From the NCBI GenBank assembly GCA_965221335.1, contig CBDCSC010000004.1, forward strand, positions 400,152 to 464,151: 64,000 nt of DNA, read 5' to 3'. The notes beneath the pieces are model-generated. The model worked only from the letters and a program-made list of their open reading frames with translations, had not been told where the DNA came from and did not search any database. A program made the position numbers and the translations under genes. Shown in pieces: positions 48,117 to 56,931 of the stretch (position 1 is the first letter of the stretch; every line of letters begins with the position of its first letter). The DNA comes from Gammaproteobacteria bacterium. GTDB lineage: Bacteria; Pseudomonadota; Gammaproteobacteria; Eutrophobiales; Eutrophobiaceae.

Positions 48117-50402
48117 ATGATCAGTTTCTCATTGAATACAGCAACAAATATCAGGTTCATTGCCGGCCTGCTGCTGTGCGCTTGCGTGATTGTCTTGCCG
48201 GCTCATGCGCAGCTCATGCTGGAAGAAGTCGTGGTGACGGCGCAGAAGCGGGAACAGAGCCTGCAGGACGTGGGCATTTCCGTGACAGCTTTCAGCGGCA
48301 ACCAGATTCGCGAGTTGGGATACACGAACACCATCGATATTGCCGCGCAGACGCCCGGGCTTGGCATAATCCAGTATCACCCGACTCTGACTACGACCAA
48401 TATTCGCGGCATCTCCCAAAACGATTTTGGCGATCACTTGGAGCCTCCCATAGCGATGTATGTCGATGAGGCTTATGTCAGCGCGATGGGCGCCGGTCAT
48501 GTGCAACTGTTTGACCTGCAAAGGGTGGAAATATTGCGGGGGCCGCAGGGAACGCTGTTTGGCCGCAACGCTACCGGTGGTTTGCTGCACTATATCAGCG
48601 CCAGGCCGACCGAGGCTCCCGAAGGCTATGTTGAATTTACCTATGGTTCCTATAATCAAAAGAAGTTTGAAGGAGCCATCAGCGGGCCCTTGGCCGACAA
48701 TCTCCTGGCGCGGGTGTCATTCGCCGGCAATTTTCACGATGGCGTCGGCGAAAACCGGATTGGACCGGATGTGCGCGGCAACGACCACTACGCGTTGCGC
48801 GGCCAACTTGAATTCCGCCCCGCCGAGAACGTTACTTTGGATCTGAAAGCGCATTATGCGAATGATGACGACGAGCATGGCAACGCTTACACGCATGCGC
48901 CCATCTCGGCAGATGAAGACGGCCTTGGTTATGCAATCAGCCCGGATTCGCTGATAAACGAGTTCTGCCCAGGGTGTGACTTTTTCGGTTATCGCGACCC
49001 TGATGGCGATCCCTTCACCGGCTCCTATGATTATATCGGAGAATTTCGCCGGTCGATTGCCGGCATAACCGGCAAGTTGACCTGGGATATGGGCGCGGCA
49101 ACGCTGACTTCCATCACCGATTACCTGCAAATGAATAAAAACTACGGCGAAGACACGGACGGTTCGCCCAATCCTGTTTTCGTGTTTATAACCGACCAGG
49201 ATTTTGAACAGTTCTCGCAGGAACTGCGACTCAACGGCGATGTGGGTGAGAACCTGCGCTGGACGACAGGGTTCTATTACCTGGATATCGACCATGCGGG
49301 CAACCTGAATTACTTTCTGGACCTTCCGTTCTTCTCGCCGACCTATTCCTTCGGCGAACCCACATCGTATATTGAAGGACCAACGACCAATAATGTAGAC
49401 ACTGAGTCCTGGGCCATCTTCGGCCACCTGGAGTATGATTTTAACGAGAACTGGGGAGTGATTGCCGCGTTGCGTTACACCGAAGACGACAGGAATACGG
49501 TGTTCGAATCGGCGGACATCCTGGGCGGAAACGTGACCGGTCTCGGTTTCACGCTCACTATTCCGTTTGATCTCAGAGACGACCCGAATTATGACCTGTT
49601 TGACCAGAGTTTCAAGAACGTATCCGCCAAGTTCGAAATAGACTGGCGCCCGACTGACGACACCCTGGTATTTGCCAGCTTCAACCGCGGTCATAAGGCC
49701 GGGGGATCGCGAGTGGTCGCGGGTGGAAATCCCACCACTCCGATACCAACATTCCCTCACGATGAAGAAGTACTGCATAGTTGGGAGGTGGGTATCAAGA
49801 CTACCTTTATGAATGGACGGGCACAATTAAATGCCAGTGCGTTCTATTACGATTATAAGGACTACCAGGCTTTCGTTATAATTCCGGACGTGATACCGGC
49901 CTCCCTGACCATCATTAACCTGGATGCAGAAGCAGTCGGCGGTGAAGTTGAACTGACGCTGGCGCCTACCGACCGCCTGAGTTTCCGTTTGGGCGCGGCA
50001 TTCATCGACAGTGAGGTCAAGGATGTTCTGCTACCGAGCGGTCGCCTGGTTGATAATGACCTGCCATACGCACCGGATATCAGTTTAAATGGGCTGGCCC
50101 GCTATGAATGGCCCGCTTTCGGCGGTTCCCTGGCGATCCAGGGTGATTTCAACTATTCTGACAATTTCTGTTTCAGCGTGCTGTGCGCGCCCATCGACCA
50201 GGAAGATTCCTTTGTAATCGGAAATTTCCGGGTCAGTTACACCAGCGGTGACGAACGCTGGCGACTGGCTGCATTTGTCAATAACATAAGCGATACCGAA
50301 TACCGCCTGTATACGCTGGATATCAGTAGTTTGTCCTTCGCCACGGATGCCTATGCTCACCCGCGTTGGGCCGGCGGCACGATTACCTTTAACTGGAAAT
50401 AA
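48117..50402 (+). CDS. TonB-dependent receptor
   Basis: Start at ATG 48117 (MISFSLNTATNIRFIAGLLL…). Plug motif LEEVVVTAQKREQSLQDVGISV and RGPQGTLFG; C-terminal …FNWK. Confidence 0.85.
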   Translation: MISFSLNTATNIRFIAGLLLCACVIVLPAHAQLMLEEVVVTAQKREQSLQDVGISVTAFSGNQIRELGYTNTIDIAAQTPGLGIIQYHPTLTTTNIRGISQNDFGDHLEPPIAMYVDEAYVSAMGAGHVQLFDLQRVEILRGPQGTLFGRNATGGLLHYISARPTEAPEGYVEFTYGSYNQKKFEGAISGPLADNLLARVSFAGNFHDGVGENRIGPDVRGNDHYALRGQLEFRPAENVTLDLKAHYANDDDEHGNAYTHAPISADEDGLGYAISPDSLINEFCPGCDFFGYRDPDGDPFTGSYDYIGEFRRSIAGITGKLTWDMGAATLTSITDYLQMNKNYGEDTDGSPNPVFVFITDQDFEQFSQELRLNGDVGENLRWTTGFYYLDIDHAGNLNYFLDLPFFSPTYSFGEPTSYIEGPTTNNVDTESWAIFGHLEYDFNENWGVIAALRYTEDDRNTVFESADILGGNVTGLGFTLTIPFDLRDDPNYDLFDQSFKNVSAKFEIDWRPTDDTLVFASFNRGHKAGGSRVVAGGNPTTPIPTFPHDEEVLHSWEVGIKTTFMNGRAQLNASAFYYDYKDYQAFVIIPDVIPASLTIINLDAEAVGGEVELTLAPTDRLSFRLGAAFIDSEVKDVLLPSGRLVDNDLPYAPDISLNGLARYEWPAFGGSLAIQGDFNYSDNFCFSVLCAPIDQEDSFVIGNFRVSYTSGDERWRLAAFVNNISDTEYRLYTLDISSLSFATDAYAHPRWAGGTITFNWK

Positions 50403-50430
50403 ATCAGAAGGGCAATCCCGGAATTTGCCA

Positions 50431-52041
50431 ATGGCCCTAAACGCAGCCTATGACGCCGTTATCATCGGCGCCGGCCACAACGGATTGACCTGTGCCAACT
50501 ACCTGGCCCGTAAAGGACTGAAGGTGAAGGTGGTTGAACGCCGCCATGTGGTCGGTGGCGCAGTGGTCACGGAAGAGTTCCATCCGGGTTACCGGAATTC
50601 AACCTGTTCCTATGCGGTGAGCCTGCTCAATCCAAAAGTTATCCGTGATCTCGAACTGCATAAATTCGGGCTCGAAATAAAGGACAGGGAATTTACCGCG
50701 CTGGTGCTGGGCGTTGACGACACCTACCTGTTCACCGACACCGACAACGAAAGCGACAAGGACGATTTTCTTGCGCAGTTGCGCCGCGGCTGTCCGGGAG
50801 ACGATGCAGCCTACCCGGAATACGATGCCGTGATACAACAGGTTGCCGACGTATTACGGGACATGGCGCTGGAGACACCACCGAATATCGGTGGCGGATT
50901 GACGGACTTGTGGCGCGCTGGAAAACTGGCGAACAGGATGCGGCGTTTGCAGCCCGCGCTGCAACGGGAAACGATCAAGCTGTTTACCATGAGCGTAGCG
51001 GATTACCTGAAACAGTGGTTCGGCGGGGACTTGATACTGGCGCTGGAGAGTTATATCGCGATGGTGGGCAACATGCAATCGGTCTACTCCGGCGGTTCGG
51101 CCTATGTGCTGCTGCACCACATGTTCGGCGAGGTAAACGGGATGAAAGGGCGCTGGGGGCATGTCACGGGCGGGATGGGCGGCATCACCCAGGCCATGGC
51201 GAGGTCTGCCGAAGCGCAGGGTGTAGAAATTGAGGTCAACGCGCCGGCGCAGGAAGTGATCGTGAAAAATAAGCGCGCGGTTGGCGTCAGGTTGGAAGAC
51301 GGACGGGAGATCCATGCAAAAGTCGTCGCGGCAAATGTCAATCCGAAGTTGCTGTTCCAGAGACTGGTGAATCAAACACATCTGGAGTCGGATTTCAAAC
51401 GCCAGGTGGATAATTATCGCTGTGTCAGCGGCACATTCCGCATGAACGTGGCGCTGAGCGAGCTGCCGCGCTTCCGTTGCCTTGATGGGAAACCGAATTA
51501 CGAGCGTTACCTGCAGGGGAGCGTATTCGTCACCAACTCAATGGAATACAACGAGCGCGCCTATCTAGACGCCATCAACCTGGGCTGGTCAGAAAAACCC
51601 ATTGTCCACATGATGATTCCCTCGGTCTACGACCACACCCTGGCGCCGGAAGGCAAACATGTGGCCAGCCTGTTTTGCCAGCATTTCAACCCGCAACTGC
51701 CTGACGGCAAATCCTGGGACGATGTCAGGGAACAGGTCGCGGATTTAATCATCGATACCGTTAATGACTACGCGCCCAATTTCAAGGATGCGGTAGTGGG
51801 GCGCCTGGCGCTCAGCCCATTGGACCTGGAACGGGAATTCGGGCTGATCGGCGGCGATATATTCCACGGCTGTATCCAGCCGGACCAACTCTTCTCACTC
51901 AGGCCCGCGGCCGGGCATGCCGATTATCGGATGCCGGTCAAAGGCCTTTACCTGTGCGGCTCCGGCGCCCACCCCGGCGGCGGAGTAACCGGCTGCCCGG
52001 GGCATAACGCCGCGCGGGAGATCCTGAAGGATATCCGGTAG
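50431..52041 (+). CDS. phytoene-desaturase-family (CrtI-like) NAD(P)/FAD-dependent oxidoreductase
   Basis: N-terminal dinucleotide-binding motif DAVIIGAGHNGLTCANYLARKG. Length (~536 aa) and C-terminal region are typical of CrtI-like amine/desaturase oxidoreductases. Confidence 0.7.
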   Translation: MALNAAYDAVIIGAGHNGLTCANYLARKGLKVKVVERRHVVGGAVVTEEFHPGYRNSTCSYAVSLLNPKVIRDLELHKFGLEIKDREFTALVLGVDDTYLFTDTDNESDKDDFLAQLRRGCPGDDAAYPEYDAVIQQVADVLRDMALETPPNIGGGLTDLWRAGKLANRMRRLQPALQRETIKLFTMSVADYLKQWFGGDLILALESYIAMVGNMQSVYSGGSAYVLLHHMFGEVNGMKGRWGHVTGGMGGITQAMARSAEAQGVEIEVNAPAQEVIVKNKRAVGVRLEDGREIHAKVVAANVNPKLLFQRLVNQTHLESDFKRQVDNYRCVSGTFRMNVALSELPRFRCLDGKPNYERYLQGSVFVTNSMEYNERAYLDAINLGWSEKPIVHMMIPSVYDHTLAPEGKHVASLFCQHFNPQLPDGKSWDDVREQVADLIIDTVNDYAPNFKDAVVGRLALSPLDLEREFGLIGGDIFHGCIQPDQLFSLRPAAGHADYRMPVKGLYLCGSGAHPGGGVTGCPGHNAAREILKDIR

Positions 52042-52064
52042 TTCACGAGAAACTCAACGATATA

Positions 52065-52115
52065 AACAGATTTAAGGAAACTCTGATTACGTCTCAGAGT
52101 TTCCTTAAATCTGTT
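52065..52115. terminator. perfect 22-bp-stem hairpin (family-1-related) between convergent genes
   Basis: AACAGATTTAAGGAAACTCTGA-TTACGTC-TCAGAGTTTCCTTAAATCTGTT. The arms contain the family-1 core GGAAACTCTGA/TCAGAGTTTCC. Located 24 nt after the CrtI-like stop and 22 nt after the higA stop. Confidence 0.55.
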
Positions 52116-52136
52116 TCCAATCTCCGCAGGTTCCTC

Positions 52137-52430
52137 TCAAGCAACTTCAAGTTTTTCGAAATCGTCGAGGTTGATGTTCTGCCGCGCTTTCCACAAATCG
52201 AAATTGTCCTGCATTGCCAGCCAGCTTTGCGGAGACCTGCCAATCACTTTAGACAGCTTGAGCGCCATGGTTGGTGTGATGCTGCCCTTGGCGTTGAGAA
52301 TCCGGCTGATCACGGATTCACTGACCCGTAACCTCTCTGCCAGTTGTTTCGCGCCGATGTCAAAGGGTTCCAGGTAAACCCGCCTGATAAAAGCGCCAGG
52401 ATGCAGGGGATTATGCTGTTCAATAATCAT
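52137..52430 (-). CDS. higA: HigA-family antitoxin (XRE-type HTH)
   Basis: 97 aa. HTH region AKQLAERLRVSESVISRILNAKGSITPTMALKLSKV. Downstream of and overlapping the higB gene by 1 nt. Confidence 0.85.
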   Translation of the reverse strand: MIIEQHNPLHPGAFIRRVYLEPFDIGAKQLAERLRVSESVISRILNAKGSITPTMALKLSKVIGRSPQSWLAMQDNFDLWKARQNINLDDFEKLEVA

Positions 52431-52708
52431 TAGTGATAATCCTCATAATCTACGGCATAGGCGTGACCGTCCATGAATTCAAATACGATGCGCCAGTTGC
52501 CGCTTACGTTGATTGCCCACTGCCCTTTCCTGTCACCCTTGAGTGGGTGCAGGCGCCAACCGGGTAAATTCATATCCTCGATTGAAAATGCAGTATGTAA
52601 AGCCTGTAACCGTTCTTCGATCCGGGCTTTATGGGTTGGCAGAATACCGACCGCGCTGCCCGAGGTGAAGAATTTCTCCAGTCCCTTATGCTTGAAGCTC
52701 CTGATCAT
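52430..52708 (-). CDS. higB: HigB toxin (RelE/ParE superfamily, plasmid-maintenance killer protein)
   Basis: MIRSFKHKGLEKFF…LHPLKGDRKGQWAINVSGNWRIVFEFMDGHAYAVDYEDYH aligns nearly residue-for-residue with the Proteus-type HigB pattern. Start at ATG 52708; the longer ORF-track form starts at a TTG. Confidence 0.85.
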   Translation of the reverse strand: MIRSFKHKGLEKFFTSGSAVGILPTHKARIEERLQALHTAFSIEDMNLPGWRLHPLKGDRKGQWAINVSGNWRIVFEFMDGHAYAVDYEDYH

Positions 52709-52718
52709 AACGGCTTGT

Positions 52719-52747
52719 ACTTTACACTTGCGCAAGTAGGAATTCAA
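52719..52747 (-). promoter_or_regulatory. candidate higBA promoter with an operator palindrome in the spacer
   Basis: On the minus strand: TTGAAT (-35), a 17-nt spacer containing the perfect 10-bp palindrome CTTGCGCAAG, then TAAAGT (-10) ending about 10 nt before the higB ATG. A short or leaderless transcript is implied. Confidence 0.35.
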
Positions 52748-52814
52748 GTATGGATGAGATTAATGACTGCAATTCCTTTCGCATGGCATTACAATACCCG
52801 GACAAATCCGGACT

Positions 52815-53357
52815 ATGATGAAGCCCGCGCTATTCCTTATATTGTTCTCCTCCGCTACCTGGGCGGCCGGCGGGGTAACCGTTGAACGCGTCTCCTCGGA
52901 GGTGATTGATGGCGCTTGCTACGTGGATGCGCGCATCAATTTCAACCTGCATGATGACCTGCTGGAGGCGCTGGACCATGGTGTGGAACTGGACGCGCGT
53001 ATCATCATCAGGGTCAGGGAACAACGCAAATGGCTCTGGGACCGGCTGTACGATGAGGATATCATAAAGTTCAAACTCGACCACCTGCTGCTGTCAAACG
53101 TCTACATTGTCACCGATGTCCGCAATGCCCGGCGGCGCCAGTTTGATACGCTGGAAAATGCGCTAAAATACATGGGCACGCTGGACCGATACCTGTTATT
53201 TGATAACAAGCATATCGGCACAGGGACAAACCTGGTCGGTTCACTGAAAACCGTGTTGAACGTGAAAAACCTTCCCGAACCGTTGAAACCAGTTGCCTCC
53301 CTGCTCAACAAGTGGCAATCGGACAGCAAATGGCACAAGTGGACCATCACAGAATGA
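52815..53357 (+). CDS. DUF4390-domain periplasmic protein
   Basis: 180 aa with signal peptide. Its stop overlaps the ntrY start (ATGA). This family is typically encoded immediately upstream of ntrY. Confidence 0.65.
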   Translation: MMKPALFLILFSSATWAAGGVTVERVSSEVIDGACYVDARINFNLHDDLLEALDHGVELDARIIIRVREQRKWLWDRLYDEDIIKFKLDHLLLSNVYIVTDVRNARRRQFDTLENALKYMGTLDRYLLFDNKHIGTGTNLVGSLKTVLNVKNLPEPLKPVASLLNKWQSDSKWHKWTITE

Positions 53358-55576
53358 AATCCGGGCTAAGCGGCGGACGCTGGATCCTGCTGTCGGGCGT
53401 GCTGCTGTTCGCCTGCATGCTGACTTCACTGCTGATCCTGAGCCAGGCCTTGCAGAACCCGACTCAGTTCGATGAATTCTATTCCGGCCTGCTGATCTTC
53501 AACACGCTGGGACTGCTGGCCCTGGTCATTCTGATCGGGCTGAATTTCCGCGGCCTGATCAGACAGGCGCGGAAACGTATTGCCGGCGCCCGCCTGACGG
53601 TGCGCATGGTTACCATGTTTGCGATCCTGTCGGTCACGCCGATACTCATTCTGTATTACTTTTCGCTGGATTTCCTCTACCGGGGCATCGATAGCTGGTT
53701 CGATTTGCGCGTCGAACAGGCGCTGGAAGACTCGTTGGAATTGAGCCGGCTCGGTCTTGAGAATCGCATGAAGGAACTGCTCAGACAGTCTGAGGAAATG
53801 GCTGAAGAGATCGCGCGCACGCCTGACGCGTCGATCCCCCTCGAAGTCGACCGCCTGCGCAGCCGGAGCGGCGCCGATGAACTGACCGTGATGACGAGAC
53901 AGGGGATTATTATCGGTTCCAGTTCGGCAAACCCGGACAACCTGGTACCGGAAGCGCCCGATGAGAGCGTACTGTTCCAGGTATTGCAGGGCAACAGTTA
54001 TATCGGTATGGACACCATCAGAAATGCCGGGCTGTCCTTCCGGGTTGTGGTAAACCTGCCCATTTACGGCTTCGGCGTGGGTCCGCGCATGCTGCATGCA
54101 TTGTATCCCGTCACCGAACGGGTGAACGAACTGGCGCAAAGCGTCCAGTCGGCGTTTACCCAGTACGAGGAACTGTCTTACCTGAGAGAGCAGCTCAAAC
54201 TGAGTTTTGTCCTGATCCTGACCATGGTCTTCCTGTTCAGCATGTTTTCCGCGGTATGGGCCGCGTTTTACTCCGCCAGAAGACTGGTCGCGCCGATACG
54301 CGACCTCGCGGAAGGGACCAAGTCCGTGGCAGAAGGCGACTACCATACCACGCTGCGGGTGCCGGCAAATGATGAACTGGGGTTCCTGGTCGCGTCGTTC
54401 AATGACATGACCCGCAAAATCGCCAGTGCCAGGGACGCGGCCAAACGCAGCCAGGACGAAGCGGAGACCCAGCAGAAATACCTGGAAGCGGTCCTGGAAC
54501 GGCTGTCATCAGGTGTGCTGGTACTGGATTCGGAGAGCTGCCTGCGCACCGTCAATATCAGCGGCGGCAGGATACTGGGCCTGGATATCACCGAGATCAT
54601 CGGCCATGCGTTCAGCAGCATCTGTGAGCGCTACAAACACCTGGAACAACTTCATGGCACGATCCGGTCCCACATAGACCGGAACGAGCAGGCCTGGGAC
54701 CAGCAGGTAACCCTGTTCGGCGCTAGCGGCCGCCAGGTGCTGATGTGCCGGGGCACATCTGTTGTCCCCGCCCGGGAAAAAGCGCCGGTCCACATTATAG
54801 TTTTTGACGATATCACCGCACTGCTGCAAGGGCAGCGGGACGCAGCCTGGGGCGAAATGGCGCGCCGCCTGGCGCACGAGATCAAAAACCCGCTGACGCC
54901 CATTCAACTGGCGGCGGAGAGACTGCGTCATAAATTCCTCGGGTCTTCACCCCCGGAGCGAGCGGATACCCTGGACCGGCTCACTACCACGATTATCAAC
55001 CAGGTGGAAACCATGAAAGGCATGGTCAATGCTTTTTCCGACTACGCCAGGGCGCCGGCGACGTCGCCCCGGGCAGTTGACCTTAACCTCCTGCTGGAGG
55101 AAGTTGCGGACCTGTACCGGGATATGGATACCAGCGTCTCGATCAGTCTCAAGCTTACCGAAGGTCATTCCACCATCAGCGCAGATCCGGAACGCCTGCG
55201 GCAGGTCTTCAATAATGTCATCAAGAACGCGCTTGATGCACGCGTCGAGGGTAAAGAGCAGTCCCTGTCAATCTCTACCGCGCATATCAGCCAACTGGCC
55301 ATGGATTACATGGAGATCCGCATCCGGGATACCGGCAGCGGCGTAAACGAGGATATAATGGCAACCGTATTCGAACCCTACGTAACAACCAAACAGAAAG
55401 GCACAGGCCTGGGGCTGGCTATCGTGAAGAAAATTGTGGAAGAACATGGCGGACTGGTAATGATCAGGAACAACATGGACGGACCCGGCGCCTGTATCAT
55501 CATCAGGTTGCCGGTAACCAGGAATGAAACAGCTCAGGCGCGGGCGGTGGCCGGAAGCAGTGGCGCTTTGACATGA
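53354..55576 (+). CDS. ntrY: sensor histidine kinase, NtrY-like (TM, HAMP, PAS, HisKA, HATPase_c)
   Basis: H-box LAHEIKNPLTPIQL. ATP-lid motifs DTGSGV and GTGLGLAIV. N-terminal multi-TM region. Start at ATG 53354. Confidence 0.85.
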   Translation: MKSGLSGGRWILLSGVLLFACMLTSLLILSQALQNPTQFDEFYSGLLIFNTLGLLALVILIGLNFRGLIRQARKRIAGARLTVRMVTMFAILSVTPILILYYFSLDFLYRGIDSWFDLRVEQALEDSLELSRLGLENRMKELLRQSEEMAEEIARTPDASIPLEVDRLRSRSGADELTVMTRQGIIIGSSSANPDNLVPEAPDESVLFQVLQGNSYIGMDTIRNAGLSFRVVVNLPIYGFGVGPRMLHALYPVTERVNELAQSVQSAFTQYEELSYLREQLKLSFVLILTMVFLFSMFSAVWAAFYSARRLVAPIRDLAEGTKSVAEGDYHTTLRVPANDELGFLVASFNDMTRKIASARDAAKRSQDEAETQQKYLEAVLERLSSGVLVLDSESCLRTVNISGGRILGLDITEIIGHAFSSICERYKHLEQLHGTIRSHIDRNEQAWDQQVTLFGASGRQVLMCRGTSVVPAREKAPVHIIVFDDITALLQGQRDAAWGEMARRLAHEIKNPLTPIQLAAERLRHKFLGSSPPERADTLDRLTTTIINQVETMKGMVNAFSDYARAPATSPRAVDLNLLLEEVADLYRDMDTSVSISLKLTEGHSTISADPERLRQVFNNVIKNALDARVEGKEQSLSISTAHISQLAMDYMEIRIRDTGSGVNEDIMATVFEPYVTTKQKGTGLGLAIVKKIVEEHGGLVMIRNNMDGPGACIIIRLPVTRNETAQARAVAGSSGALT

Positions 55577-56931
55577 ACCCCGGCGAAAAAATACTTGTCG
55601 TTGATGATGAGGCAGAGATCAGGAACCTGATCCGGGAGATCCTTGAAGACGAAGGATTCGAGGTTGCGACCGCGGATAACGGCGCCGGCGCGCGGGCGCT
55701 GCTGGAACAGTTTCGGCCCAGGCTGGTGCTGCTGGATATCTGGATGCCGGACATGGATGGCATTACCCTGTTGAAGGAATGGCATGAGTCAGGCAAGCTG
55801 ACCCATCCCGTCATCATGATGTCCGGGCACGGGAACATTGGCACTGCGGTCGAGGCCACGCGACTCGGCGCTTACGATTACCTGGAAAAACCCCTGTCCA
55901 TGGCCAAGTTAACCCTGACGATAAAAAATGCGCTGGACGCATCCAGGTTGCGCAGGGAAAACCTGAGGCTGCGCCGGCACTCGCAGGAGCCGCACCGTGT
56001 TATCGGCAAAAGCAAACCGATGACAAAACTGCGCGCACAGTTGAACAAGGTTGCCGGCCTGGATACCCCGATACTGATCATCGGTGAACCCGGCACGGAC
56101 AAAGAGGCCGTCGCCCGCCACTTGCATGCAGCCAGCGCGCGCAAGGACAAATCCTTTGTCACCATGACCGTACCGGTCAAGGATCAAGAATCCGTGATCA
56201 ACGAGTTGTATGGCGAACAGACCGGGAACGGGACCCAGGGCGGCCTTCTGGATGAGGCTGAAGGAGGAACACTGTTCATCAAGGATATTGCCGATATGAA
56301 CCTCGCAACGCAGGCGCGCCTGCAGGATACACTGAAGAGCCAGACCTACAAACGAGTCAACGGCGCCGCAACAATCCCGCTTAATACCAGGATCATCGCT
56401 GCCACCCGCTACAACCTGGCCGACCGGGTCAAGGACGCGGTCTTCATGGACGAACTTTATTTCCAGTTGAACGTGCTGCCGATAAGCGTGCCGCCGCTCA
56501 GGGAACACTATGAAGATGTGCCCGACATCCTGGAATATTTCGTCACCTGGTTTATCGAGCGGGAAGGGTTGCCATACCGGTCCTTTTCCACCGCCGCGCA
56601 AAACAGGCTGCGCCGCTATCCCTGGCCCGGAAATACCCGGGAGTTGAAAAACCTGGTGCAAAGAATGCTGATAACGGGCGGAACTGCGACCATCGACCTG
56701 GATGAAGTTGAGGCGGCGCTGGGAGATGCGCCGGCAAGAAGAGACACCGAAAGTGTGAAAAACCTGGACCTCCCGTTGCGCCAGGCGCGGGAAAACTTTG
56801 AGCGCGACTACCTGGAATACCAGTTGAAGCTGGCCAATGGCAGCGTCAGCAAAATGGCCAGGAACGTCCACATGGAACGCACCCATCTATACAGGAAGCT
56901 GAAGGCTCTGGGCATCAACATAAAATCGTGA
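55573..56931 (+). CDS. ntrX: response regulator, NtrX-like (REC + AAA+ sigma54-interaction-type domain + HTH)
   Basis: REC domain ILVVDDEAEIRNLI...LLDIWMPDMDG. Central AAA+ region with a degenerate Walker A GEPGTDKE and no intact GAFTGA motif. C-terminal Fis-type HTH. ATGA overlap with ntrY. Confidence 0.85.
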   Translation: MNPGEKILVVDDEAEIRNLIREILEDEGFEVATADNGAGARALLEQFRPRLVLLDIWMPDMDGITLLKEWHESGKLTHPVIMMSGHGNIGTAVEATRLGAYDYLEKPLSMAKLTLTIKNALDASRLRRENLRLRRHSQEPHRVIGKSKPMTKLRAQLNKVAGLDTPILIIGEPGTDKEAVARHLHAASARKDKSFVTMTVPVKDQESVINELYGEQTGNGTQGGLLDEAEGGTLFIKDIADMNLATQARLQDTLKSQTYKRVNGAATIPLNTRIIAATRYNLADRVKDAVFMDELYFQLNVLPISVPPLREHYEDVPDILEYFVTWFIEREGLPYRSFSTAAQNRLRRYPWPGNTRELKNLVQRMLITGGTATIDLDEVEAALGDAPARRDTESVKNLDLPLRQARENFERDYLEYQLKLANGSVSKMARNVHMERTHLYRKLKALGINIKS

